From an uncultured Ruminococcus sp. (GTDB lineage: Bacteria; Bacillota; Clostridia; Oscillospirales; CAG-272), in the NCBI GenBank assembly GCA_902782445.1, contig CACZNC010000003.1:3040-67039 (forward strand): 64,000 nt of DNA. Reading direction: 5' to 3'. Positions 17,479 through 26,603 of this stretch are shown in pieces (the stretch's first letter is position 1; each line of letters opens with the position of its first letter). The translations under genes were made by a program, and so were the position numbers. The notes below the pieces were generated by a model. The model searched no databases. It was not told the DNA's origin and saw only the letters and a list, made by a program, of their open reading frames with translations.

Positions 17479-17508
17479 TTTCGTTTCTCCCGTTTGAATT
17501 TCAGAAAA

Positions 17509-17603
17509 GAAAGCGGGCCCGGCCTTCGTTCCGCTTACAGTATAGCAGATTCGAACGCCGGGCGCAATGGATTTGTATTCGGGTTCACATCAACCGGGGG
17601 TTG
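17509..17603 (-). promoter_or_regulatory. Copy 3 of the conserved promoter/5'UTR module
   Basis: TTGCGC (17562-17567), a 17-nt spacer, TATACT (17539-17544), with the same leader and upstream CAACCCCCGGTTG hairpin. Confidence 0.65.
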
Positions 17604-17670
17604 TGTCAGGGAGGGACAGATCGGCAAAACCGGCTTCCTCCCGCATCCGCCATCCCCGGGAGGTCGCACC

Positions 17671-17765
17671 AAAAAGTCCCCGAAATCATGGAGGTTTCAG
17701 GGACTTGCTCTTTTGTGATATTCGGTTTTCGAGGGACCCTTTTCCCGGTTTGTTTCCCGGGCTGT
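17671..17765 (+). repeat. Copy B of the hairpin-containing repeat
   Basis: Matches 3491-3550 and 3595-3632. The hairpin is AAAGTCCCCGAAA..TTTCAGGGACTT at 17673-17706. Confidence 0.7.
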
Positions 17766-18656
17766 TTATTTTATCACGCCCTCGGCGTATCCGATGTATT
17801 CCGCTCCGCCGTGCCTTCCGTTGTACCAGATGCGGTAGGTTCCGTCCTCGGCGCGGACTGCCGTGGGCTTGTAGCAGGAGTCCTGATCCCATTCTCCCGG
17901 GGTCGGCAGAACGAGCGGGTTTTCCGGCACGCGCTCCCATCCGGTGATCCCGTCCTTGGATCGGGCGGCGCAGATGCAGGCGGTGTTGATGTCCCGGTAG
18001 CCGATGTAGAACATGAGATATCCGCCCTCTTCTTTGAGGATATCGCAGGCCCCGATCCGGTTCTGCTCGTACTCCTTTTCGGGGTTCGCCCCAAAGATGG
18101 GATTTCCGGCGTACTTGGTCCACTCGATCCCGTCGTCGGATTCGGCGTAACAGATCACGTTCGGCTCATAGGTCTCCCCGGCGGCGTACCACATCCGGAA
18201 TCTGCCGTTCTCATACATCACGAAGGGATTCATCACGGACTGCTTTTCGAAATCCGTCTCCGGCGCCAGCACGGGATCCCGGCGGAACCGTTCGAAACGG
18301 ATCCCGTCGTCGGAGCGGGCCACGCCGATCCACGATCTTCCCCGTCCGCCGATGTCCTGACCGGTGTACCACATCAGCCATCCGCCGCCCTTCGGATCCC
18401 GCAGAACGCAGTTCCGGTTCACAATGTTCTCCCAGCCCGATTCGGGATTCGCGGCGAGGGTGACGGTCAGATCCCCCCAATGGATCCCGTCCTCCGAAAA
18501 GGATACGGCGAGCGCGCCTTGCGGCCTCCATGACGAATCCATGCGGAGCCGCCCGTCCGGCTGTTTTCTCACGAACGCGTCGAAGATCGTTCCGGTCGTT
18601 TCGTCGCCCAAAACGGGATTACCCGCGTATTTTTCAAAGCTTCCCTGACAGTTCAT
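17766..18656 (-). CDS. Five-bladed beta-propeller glycosidase/phosphorylase-like protein (GH130/GH43/DUF377-like)
   Basis: FEKYAGNPVLG near the N-terminus, and repeated W(M)WY.G / DDGI.W blade motifs. Confidence 0.65.
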   Translation of the reverse strand: MNCQGSFEKYAGNPVLGDETTGTIFDAFVRKQPDGRLRMDSSWRPQGALAVSFSEDGIHWGDLTVTLAANPESGWENIVNRNCVLRDPKGGGWLMWYTGQDIGGRGRSWIGVARSDDGIRFERFRRDPVLAPETDFEKQSVMNPFVMYENGRFRMWYAAGETYEPNVICYAESDDGIEWTKYAGNPIFGANPEKEYEQNRIGACDILKEEGGYLMFYIGYRDINTACICAARSKDGITGWERVPENPLVLPTPGEWDQDSCYKPTAVRAEDGTYRIWYNGRHGGAEYIGYAEGVIK

Positions 18657-18668
18657 CGATGCTCCTCC

Positions 18669-20159
18669 TCATTCTCCTATCTTTTTGATCAGTTTTTCGA
18701 TGTTTTTGTTCGCGACCTTCTTGTTCTTTTCAAAGGTGGAAGCCAGCGCGTCGGTAGAACCGCTGTTCAAAGCCGCCGTGAACGCGTTGTTCGCGCCAAG
18801 GAAGCCGTATGCCATCTCCGGGTCGATGGTCCGGCTCCGGCGGATGATCTCAATCATCTCGCAGGATTCGGGATCGCGCATAGCTTTGCCTTTCAGTACG
18901 ACGTCGTAGTACGCGATGGAAGTGGAGTAGTAGCTGTCCGCGTTGATCGCTTCGAGCATTGCGCCGGTGAACTCCGCTGTCTCCGAATTGCGCGGCAGGA
19001 ACATGATGCTCGACCATGAGGGACTGAAGGTATGGCGGTATTCCGCCTGTGCCTCATCGTATTTCGGCATCGGAAGCAGCCCGATATCCGTTTCCAGATC
19101 GCGGAAGATCAACAGCTGTTCGATGCCGCCGACATAGAAGAGAGAGTTGCCGGAGCGGAAATTATACCGCAGTCCGCCGAACCATACATCGTCCACTTTG
19201 CCATACAGTTTTTCCGCGAGCAGATAGTTGCCGGAACACATGATCGAGCATACTTTTTCCGCCGCATTGAACAGACGCTCGCTCAGATCCAGAACCGGAA
19301 GGCCCTCTTCGTCGTGCCCGATGACGAACACATCCGACGCGAGAACGTGAAACTGGAAATTGTAGAATTCTCCGGCCGCGCCGTACCGGTCGTTGTGGTC
19401 CATCTCCCCGTTGCCGTCCTCATCGTTCGTAACCTGTTCGAGGATCGCAGAGAAGGTGTCGAGATTCCATTTGTTGCCGCGCACGAGTTCATAGGCATCG
19501 ATATCGAACGCCTTCGCAAGTTCCTTGTTGAATACCACAGCATAGGTGTGGGAGTCCGTCCACGTGTTCATCGCACCGATGGCCGAAAACACGCTGTTTC
19601 CGATCCGCATGGACTTCGCCACGTTGGTGTCCCACCACGGTTTTTCGAGATTCATGTACGGAACCGTGCTGAGATCAAGGGTATACCCGTTGTTCGTCTG
19701 ACCGAGCGCTGCGGAAAAGGCTGCGACCACCACGTCCCAATCCTGCTGCCCCGCCAGATATGTCCTCTGATACTGTCCGGTGACGTCGGGGGACGTATCG
19801 TTTACGATCTTGACATCATAAGCCGCTTCAATTCGCCCCGTCCGCTCGAACACGGTATCATTCATGATCTCGCCGTTCGTCTCGTCAGCCGCGATCTCGG
19901 AATAAAAGCGCACAATAGCGTCGACAACCTCACGGGAGAGGAATCGGAAATCCTGCCCGCCGTAGGTCGTGTCAGGAATGTCAGGCAGGAGCTTCGCCTC
20001 GGTCTCGGGGGCTTCGGTCTCGGAAGCGGGAATTTCAGCCGCGCCGGGAGCAGGTGTCTGCTCCGATACCGGGGCGTCGGTGTTTTCCTTCGTTTCGCCG
20101 CACGCCGCAAGCGGGAGCAGCAGGACGAGGATCAATAGGACGGAAATCGCTCTTTTCAT
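18669..20159 (-). CDS. Lipoprotein, carbohydrate-type ABC solute-binding protein (SBP paralog 1)
   Basis: Lipobox LPLAAC. Motifs shared with the other five paralogs: EKPWWD, DGNGEMD..DRYG and DIGLLPMPKYDEAQ. Confidence 0.85.
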   Translation of the reverse strand: MKRAISVLLILVLLLPLAACGETKENTDAPVSEQTPAPGAAEIPASETEAPETEAKLLPDIPDTTYGGQDFRFLSREVVDAIVRFYSEIAADETNGEIMNDTVFERTGRIEAAYDVKIVNDTSPDVTGQYQRTYLAGQQDWDVVVAAFSAALGQTNNGYTLDLSTVPYMNLEKPWWDTNVAKSMRIGNSVFSAIGAMNTWTDSHTYAVVFNKELAKAFDIDAYELVRGNKWNLDTFSAILEQVTNDEDGNGEMDHNDRYGAAGEFYNFQFHVLASDVFVIGHDEEGLPVLDLSERLFNAAEKVCSIMCSGNYLLAEKLYGKVDDVWFGGLRYNFRSGNSLFYVGGIEQLLIFRDLETDIGLLPMPKYDEAQAEYRHTFSPSWSSIMFLPRNSETAEFTGAMLEAINADSYYSTSIAYYDVVLKGKAMRDPESCEMIEIIRRSRTIDPEMAYGFLGANNAFTAALNSGSTDALASTFEKNKKVANKNIEKLIKKIGE

Positions 20160-20200
20160 GTTCAGCCTCCTTGAAATAGTTATGTCCGAATCAGTCCGCT

Positions 20201-21196
20201 TTACAGTTCATTCGCTTCGTCCACCAGCGCGCAGATATTCTCAAGCGGCACGTCCGCCTGGATCCCCTGGGCGGCGGCAATGATGTACCCGCCGTTCTGG
20301 GACATGGCCTCCGTCACGCGCCTTGTCTCCTCCCTCACCTCATCCGTCGTCCCGAAGGGGAGGGTCCTCTGGGTACTGATGCCGCCCCAGAAGGTCAATT
20401 CCGCCCCGAACCGCTCTTTCAGTTCATAGATGTCCATGCATTCCGGCTGGACAGGGTTCAGAACGTCGGCCCCCATTTCGCAGAGATCCGGCATGATCTT
20501 GCGGATATCGCCGCAGGAATGGACCCAGACGTCCAGCCCCGCTTCATGGATCAGATCGTATTCCTTCTTCGCTCCGGGTTTCAGCAGCGTCCTCCAGGTC
20601 TTCGGCGACATCAGCAGATCGCGCTGGGATCCCCAGTCGTTCCCCAGAAGAACGCCGTCGAGCCCGGGGGTTTTGATAAACTCCTTGAGTACGGAGAGGT
20701 TTTTCTCCGTGATGAAGTCGAGCAGTTCCCGGGCAAATTCTGGCTCCCCGGCCATATCGGCAAGGAAGTATTCCAGTCCCCGGGAAAAATAGGCCTTTTC
20801 GAAATCGCTGGTCCAGACCTCCGCCAGAATGTACATGTCCGTGTATTCCCGTAGGTTCCGGATCGATTCCGCGAAAACCTCGAGACTGCCGAAATCATAA
20901 GCCGCCGGGATGAAATCGGGCGTTTCCGCTTCCTTGTACGAGGCAGGAAGATCCTTCCAGTCCCACCACGGGAAATTCTCGAGGAGAGCGACATGATTCC
21001 CCATGCCGCAATACAGCGCGTTCCGATATTCGATCCTGCCTTCAGCGTGCAGTTTCCGCATATCCTCCCGCCCATACCGTTCCCAGAGCCGGGGCCCGTA
21101 TTTCTGAAGTCCGTCGGGGGCAAGGTGGAAAAATGTCGGCACTTTATCGGCTGTTTTATGGGCAATGGCGGCTTTCACTCTTTCGCGTTTTGTCAT
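20201..21196 (-). CDS. Uroporphyrinogen decarboxylase (URO-D) family protein, MtaA/CmuA-like
   Basis: MTKRERVKAAIAHKTADKVPT... is a typical URO-D-family N-terminus, and the 331-aa length fits. Confidence 0.7.
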   Translation of the reverse strand: MTKRERVKAAIAHKTADKVPTFFHLAPDGLQKYGPRLWERYGREDMRKLHAEGRIEYRNALYCGMGNHVALLENFPWWDWKDLPASYKEAETPDFIPAAYDFGSLEVFAESIRNLREYTDMYILAEVWTSDFEKAYFSRGLEYFLADMAGEPEFARELLDFITEKNLSVLKEFIKTPGLDGVLLGNDWGSQRDLLMSPKTWRTLLKPGAKKEYDLIHEAGLDVWVHSCGDIRKIMPDLCEMGADVLNPVQPECMDIYELKERFGAELTFWGGISTQRTLPFGTTDEVREETRRVTEAMSQNGGYIIAAAQGIQADVPLENICALVDEANEL

Positions 21197-21389
21197 ATTA
21201 TCCTCCCGCGCTTCGACGCCTGCATTTCGATCCCATCTTGCGCTTTTTGAAAGACTGTGCTATAATGAGAACGTGCGGAGTTCCCGAATCGGATGGCCCG
21301 ATCATTTTCCGGTTTCTATTGTAGCATGGAAGCAGAAAAAAGTATATGGCTTTTCGTCCTGAATTTTTGGCTTTTCGTCCGAGGAGAGT

Positions 21390-22322
21390 ATGATGAAGAC
21401 CGACGACAGAAACAATCCGCTGTATCCCGACTTCGAGGCCGACAAGTGTCTTTATTTCAGGCGGAATCACGATATCCTTCTCGGACCGCTGAGCGACCTT
21501 CTGTTTCATGCCAGTTATATCGGGCACTATATCTGCCGGATGGATTATCATATCAGCCGCCGCATGAACCCTTCGGCCCTGCTTCAGCTGACGCTTGCGG
21601 GGGAGGGGGAACTGAGGTACAAAAATGCCCGCTGGCCGCTGAGACGCGGGTCCTGTATGCTGATCGACTGCCGGGTCGAACACGAGTTTTTCCCGACGGC
21701 AGAAGGATGGGAATTCAAGTACGTGCATTTCTGGGGCGGGAATACTGCCGATTATCTCTCTTTCCTGTCTTCGAACAGTCCCGTCCGGAATCTGGATGAG
21801 AGCGAGATCCATGAGGTCGAGTCGACACTCGATCGGATCCTCTACGAGACGGAAACGGAATCCGTCGATAACTATCCGGCCCTTTCCTCCCGGATCTATT
21901 CGCTCCTGACCCTTATCATGGCTCACGACAGGCAGATAACGGAACGGAACAGGTCCGAAAATGTCCGCGCCATTCCCCATGCGATCGAATACATCCGGAA
22001 GAACTATAACCATAAGATCGACACATCCGATATCGCGCATTCCCTCAACCTGTCCCGCTCACGGCTGTTTGAGCTGTTTCATCGGACCTACGGGATGTCC
22101 CCTCACGACTACATCATTCAGTACCGTCTGTCCATCGCGAAGACTCTGTTGCAGAACACTCCCCTGTCGGTATCGGAAATAGCGGAACAGACCGGATTTC
22201 GGGATATCTTTGCTTTTTCCCGCCGGTTCAAGGAGCGTGTCGGGATCTCCCCGAAAGAATTCCGGCGGAAACACCGATTGCTGGAACCAACGTCGGAGCA
22301 GGACGGGGACGGGCTGATTTGA
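21390..22322 (+). CDS. AraC-family transcriptional regulator (cupin sensor domain plus HTH)
   Basis: The C-terminus (IAHSLNLSRSRLFELFHRTYGMSPHDYIIQYRLSIAKTLL..SEIAEQTGFRDIFAFSRRFKERVGISPKEFRR) is an AraC-type HTH. Confidence 0.9.
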   Translation: MMKTDDRNNPLYPDFEADKCLYFRRNHDILLGPLSDLLFHASYIGHYICRMDYHISRRMNPSALLQLTLAGEGELRYKNARWPLRRGSCMLIDCRVEHEFFPTAEGWEFKYVHFWGGNTADYLSFLSSNSPVRNLDESEIHEVESTLDRILYETETESVDNYPALSSRIYSLLTLIMAHDRQITERNRSENVRAIPHAIEYIRKNYNHKIDTSDIAHSLNLSRSRLFELFHRTYGMSPHDYIIQYRLSIAKTLLQNTPLSVSEIAEQTGFRDIFAFSRRFKERVGISPKEFRRKHRLLEPTSEQDGDGLI

Positions 22323-22483
22323 AAGCCGTATGCCGGTCGTTTTTTGCAGACCGGACTGTGACTCTTTTCCGCCCCGGCAGCAGAAACGCTCTTGTTTTTT
22401 CGTGCCGGGCAGTGTATAATACATCACGGGGCTTGAATTATACTTGATCCCTAAAAAATCGGATCCCGCGCGGAGGTGAAAAG

Positions 22484-22972
22484 ATGATCGAAGTCAGAGA
22501 AACGACCGTCCATGACATCAAAAATGTACAGCGCCTCTGGGCCGACGGGGATGTCATGAAGTTTGTCGGTTTTCCGGACGGATTGCACCGGACAGAGGAA
22601 GAAATGAAGAACTGGTTTCGGTGGATCGAATCCGGCAGACCGGTCCTGAATCACTACTCGATATTCGAGGATGGGCAATACTGCGGAGAATCGTTCTATC
22701 GGATCGACCCGGAACGTCAAAGCGCCGCGTTGGACATCAAGCTGTTCGCATTCGCGCGCGGACGGGGCATCGCCGCGGCGGGACTGTCCCACGCGATCAG
22801 GGAGGCGTTCCGAAACGGAGCGGAGACCGTATGGGTCGATCCGAATCCGGAAAACGCGAAAGCGATCGCCTTGTATAAGAGACTGGGTTTCCGGCAGAAA
22901 GAATTCCCGGATCATCTGATGCGGGAAGGTGAAGAACCGGATTCCGTTTATATGGAACTGTGCAAAAACTGA
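22484..22972 (+). CDS. GNAT-family N-acetyltransferase
   Basis: 162 aa, with the acetyl-CoA binding-type motif FARGRGIAAAGL and ALYKRLGF. Confidence 0.8.
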   Translation: MIEVRETTVHDIKNVQRLWADGDVMKFVGFPDGLHRTEEEMKNWFRWIESGRPVLNHYSIFEDGQYCGESFYRIDPERQSAALDIKLFAFARGRGIAAAGLSHAIREAFRNGAETVWVDPNPENAKAIALYKRLGFRQKEFPDHLMREGEEPDSVYMELCKN

Positions 22973-23056
22973 TTGCAGGCGCAAATTCCGGCTGACCGGC
23001 GCGCTCGAAGAAACGGACAAGTCGAAATCCGAACGAAATAACGGAGGAACATTTCC

Positions 23057-23241
23057 ATGAAAAGACTTTTGGGAAGGATCTGCGCGATCCTGCTGTAAGC
23101 GGCAATGATCCCGTCATTCTCTGCCTGTGAGAGCGGCGGCGGCACTGAAACCGGCGCGCCCGCTTCCTCAAAGGCAGTCGAAACGGCCGGGGACGGGAAA
23201 AGAGTGTATTTTGCGGGTCCGCTGTTCAACCAGTCGGTATG
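23057..23241 (+). pseudogene. Remnant of a lipoprotein gene: a signal peptide interrupted by TAA, truncated after KRVYFAGPLFNQ
   Basis: GGAGGA RBS, then MKRLLGRICAILL*AAMIPSFSACESGGG...GKRVYFAGPLFNQSV*. VYFAGPLF resembles the start of nucleoside 2-deoxyribosyltransferase-like proteins. Confidence 0.35.
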
Positions 23242-23311
23242 ACGCTGCTCTCATGCCAGACAGTCGACTTTTCAGAGCGGGAAAAAGTATGAAAAACCCC
23301 AGGATCGAAAA

Positions 23312-23731
23312 ATGGACGAAACATCAGTCACACGCTTTGTAAACACCTTTATCGTGGAAAACCGGCGGGAACGACTGCTCCATGAACTGACGACGCCGAA
23401 AAAGCGGTATCGGGGGATCAGCCGGTTCTGTCACCGGGCAAAAGATCTTCTGGATCCCGCCTTCCTTGTGGCGGAGGGGGAGGATCTGGAACGCCTTCCC
23501 GCTTTCCGGCGGTTCGTCCGGGACCACAACGGCCCCTGCCTGCTGCTCTCTCCGTATCCGTGGCTGGACGAAGAGATCATGCCGCTCGAGAAGGCGGTGG
23601 AGCAGGCCGCGGTCTGCCCCGACGCGGTCTTGATCCTCGGGGACGGATTCGCCGTCGTGTTTGAAGAGCCGCAAAAGGGGGGAAGGGGCAGGTTCTGGAT
23701 GTCCGAGGACCCTGTGCGGCTCCGCGATTAA
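23312..23731 (+). CDS. Hypothetical protein
   Basis: 139-aa ORF with coding-like composition. I recognised no motif. Confidence 0.45.
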   Translation: MDETSVTRFVNTFIVENRRERLLHELTTPKKRYRGISRFCHRAKDLLDPAFLVAEGEDLERLPAFRRFVRDHNGPCLLLSPYPWLDEEIMPLEKAVEQAAVCPDAVLILGDGFAVVFEEPQKGGRGRFWMSEDPVRLRD

Positions 23732-23790
23732 CGGATATATCTCTATACATGAACGGTCCGGCCTTCGGATCCCGCAGAGGAGGGGTATCC

Positions 23791-24153
23791 ATGCATTTCT
23801 TTTCAGCTGCTGTCCTGCTTCTGGCGGGAGCGGTAAATCTGTACTTTGAACTGAAAAAGCGGCGGTCCTGCTCTGCCCCGGCGGAGGCGGCCGTCGTCGA
23901 AATCAAACGAAACCGGACATTCTGCGTTCCGATCCTGGAATACAGAGCGTCCGGCAAAAAAGTGCGGGGGGATATCGGGATCGTCAGCCAAAAGCGGATC
24001 GGGAGATACCGGATCGGTCAGAAGATGCGGATCTTTTACGACCCGGACAAGCCGGAGAACTTCCGAATCGCCGGAAGAAACGGCGTGCTGACCGTATCCA
24101 TTGCTCTTTTGACGATGGGGACCGCCGGTCTCGTTCTGCTGTTCCTGTTCTGA
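23791..24153 (+). CDS. DUF3592-like small membrane protein
   Basis: GGAGG RBS before ATG 23791. The layout is transmembrane helix, beta-rich core, transmembrane helix (VPILEYRASGKKV...RIFYDPDKPE). Confidence 0.55.
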   Translation: MHFFSAAVLLLAGAVNLYFELKKRRSCSAPAEAAVVEIKRNRTFCVPILEYRASGKKVRGDIGIVSQKRIGRYRIGQKMRIFYDPDKPENFRIAGRNGVLTVSIALLTMGTAGLVLLFLF

Positions 24154-24157
24154 GGGC

Positions 24158-26425
24158 TCATCGGCCGCCCGTCTGCCGGTATTCCCTCACGAAGCGCAGG
24201 ATGGGCTGCCTCGGGAGCGATCCCTCCTCCCCGACGAGGAAGAGATAGACCGCGCGGTGGGTCCTCCCGTCTTTTCCCGCCTCGCAGACCACGGCGAAGG
24301 ATTCCCCCTCCGGCACGGCAAATCTCACGCGGTTCCCGGAGAGCTCGGCCGGGATGCTCAGCCCTTCGTTGTCCGCACCGAGGAGCAGCGAATACCCTTC
24401 CCCGTATGCTTTGACCGAGAGCGAATCCGCGCCCTGTTTCCTGTCGTCGCAGAGGAAAGCGGACCCCTCGAAGATCTCCCCGGGCTTCCAGACCAGCCGG
24501 TCATAGCGCAGAGTCAGCCGGAACGGCGTCTGGGCGTCACGCCAGAAGAGCATCGCCAGCTTCGGATTCCCGTAATAGTCGACCATCGACGTGCAGGCTA
24601 CGTTCGGCCAGGGCTCGTTGATCTGCCACACGATCGACCCGACGTTCTCCTGCGCCTCGGGAGCGAAAACCTCTCCGGGGGCGAGAACGGCGGGTTTTGT
24701 CGTCTTCGCGCGGCGGCGGTGGGCTTCGACGGCGTACCGGATCCCCTCCGCCTGCAGATACTGGCTCAGATCGCAGAGTTCCCGCAGATCTCCGATCTCC
24801 CCGAACAGCGGGCGTTCCCGGTAGGCATAGGTGTCCCACCACTCCCCGTGATGCCGCCAGGTGAGGTTTTCCGCCACCGTCGTGACCGCGAGGTTTTCGG
24901 GCGAGAGAACGGTGCGGATGGAATCGTAATTCGACATGCCGTCCACGCCGAATTCGGAGTGAAGCAGGATCGTCGACTTGTTGTACAGCTCGTACTGACC
25001 TCGCACGCCTTCGTACTTCCACGGTCCGTGGATGTCCTGATTGCGCGCCGGGTTATCGGGATCGAACCACTCCGTCGGACCGGAGGCGGAGGTCGGCAGC
25101 ATCAGAACGTCCGGCGCAAGCTCCTCCGCGATCCCTTTCAGCATGGCGAGGTTTTCGTCCCGGAAGGTGGAGGGGATCCCGTTTTCGTCCATCAGTTCGT
25201 TCCCGCCGCTCAGATAGGTCAGGGAAACGTGATTCCGCTTCTCCGGCAGGATCGCCCGGGCGGTCTGTCCGATCAGGGTGAGAAACTCCGGGCGTTTCGA
25301 CGGGATGTTGTCGATCCCCGAGGAGGACTGGATGAACTCCTGCCAGACCATGATGCCGTATGCGTCGCAGAGATCGTAAAAATCCTCGCTCTCGATCACC
25401 CCGCCGCCCCAGACGCGGATCAGGTTCACGCCGGCGTCCCGGGCGAGGGAGAGCAGTTTGTCGTACCGTTCCCGCGTCACCGTGCCGATTTTGTGGTCGA
25501 GGGGGGTCATGTTCACGCCCTTGATATAGACGGGAATCCCGTTGACGACCGGGATATAGGGCAGCACCTCCGGGTCGGCGCAGTCCGGTTTCCGGTATGC
25601 GAGAGTCCTCAGCCCGACGCGGAAGGTCTTCTCGTCGTCCGCTGAGCAGAGGGTCAGGTCGTACAGCGGCTGCTCCCCGTATCCGTTCGGGAACCACAGG
25701 GCGGGCTCCGGGATCCCGAGGGTCAGCGATCCGGTCCCGGTCTTCCCCTCGGCGACGGATTTCCCGCAGAGGGACAGAGATGCCCGGAAGTCCGATTTTG
25801 CCGCCGAGACGGTGAGCCTGCCGCCGCTCTCATACCGGATCTGCACGTTCCGTATGGGATCGTCGCAGATTTCGAGAAAGACTTCGCCGTACAGCCCGAG
25901 GTCGACGAGCCGCGTGCCGAAATCCCACTTGTACCCGAACCGGGCTTTCTGGGTCCAGGTGCGGCTGGTGTACCCGATCTGCCCCATCTCGTCCGGTGCG
26001 CTTTCGAGCACGACCGTGAGCGTGTTTTCGCCCTCCCGCAGCAGCTCCGTCACGTCGACGGCGAGAGGCGCGTACATCCCGACATGCTCCGCGATCTTCT
26101 TGTCGTTCAGATAGACATGGGCGTGATAGTCGATCCCCCGGAACACCAGCCGCGCGCGCTTTCCGTCCGTCTCCGGCTTCCGAAACGAGGTCATATAGCT
26201 CCAGAAGCGGTTCGCCACCCATTCGCAGAGAAGCGAGTTCCGCTCGAAATACGGATCCGGGATCAGCCCGGCGCGTTCGAGATCGTCGTAGACGCTGCCC
26301 GGCACCTTCGCGGGGATGCGCGGGGTCACGGCGGAGAACTTCGCTCCGGTTTCGACGGACGCGCCCTGCATCACGGTGAAGGGCCACGATCCGGCGACGG
26401 TCCAGTCTGTCAGCGGGATTTTCAT
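24158..26425 (-). CDS. Glycoside hydrolase family 2, beta-mannosidase / exo-glucosaminidase-like
   Basis: The N-terminus W.VAGSWP...IPAKVPGSVYDDLERAGLIPDPYFERN...WV.NRFWSY is characteristic of GH2 mannosidase-type enzymes. 755 aa. Confidence 0.8.
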   Translation of the reverse strand: MKIPLTDWTVAGSWPFTVMQGASVETGAKFSAVTPRIPAKVPGSVYDDLERAGLIPDPYFERNSLLCEWVANRFWSYMTSFRKPETDGKRARLVFRGIDYHAHVYLNDKKIAEHVGMYAPLAVDVTELLREGENTLTVVLESAPDEMGQIGYTSRTWTQKARFGYKWDFGTRLVDLGLYGEVFLEICDDPIRNVQIRYESGGRLTVSAAKSDFRASLSLCGKSVAEGKTGTGSLTLGIPEPALWFPNGYGEQPLYDLTLCSADDEKTFRVGLRTLAYRKPDCADPEVLPYIPVVNGIPVYIKGVNMTPLDHKIGTVTRERYDKLLSLARDAGVNLIRVWGGGVIESEDFYDLCDAYGIMVWQEFIQSSSGIDNIPSKRPEFLTLIGQTARAILPEKRNHVSLTYLSGGNELMDENGIPSTFRDENLAMLKGIAEELAPDVLMLPTSASGPTEWFDPDNPARNQDIHGPWKYEGVRGQYELYNKSTILLHSEFGVDGMSNYDSIRTVLSPENLAVTTVAENLTWRHHGEWWDTYAYRERPLFGEIGDLRELCDLSQYLQAEGIRYAVEAHRRRAKTTKPAVLAPGEVFAPEAQENVGSIVWQINEPWPNVACTSMVDYYGNPKLAMLFWRDAQTPFRLTLRYDRLVWKPGEIFEGSAFLCDDRKQGADSLSVKAYGEGYSLLLGADNEGLSIPAELSGNRVRFAVPEGESFAVVCEAGKDGRTHRAVYLFLVGEEGSLPRQPILRFVREYRQTGGR

Positions 26426-26514
26426 GACGGATACCTCGTTCGTTTTTCGTTTGGATTCGGTTTCATCATAAATCTTTCGGCGGCGTTTGTCAATCCTCTG
26501 CGCTTTATTTCATG

Positions 26515-26572
26515 AAAAAAGGACTCCGGCATGAGACCCGATTTCAGTGGGCCGCCGGCGTCCTTCTTTTTT
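26515..26572. terminator. Bidirectional intrinsic terminator (A6-AAGGACTCCGG ... CCGGCGTCCTT-CT6)
   Basis: An 11-bp stem with one mismatch, flanked by A and T runs, just downstream of the stop codon at 26604. Confidence 0.6.
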
Positions 26573-26603
26573 CGGTTCAAATCAAAAAACCTCTTCCCGT
26601 CCC

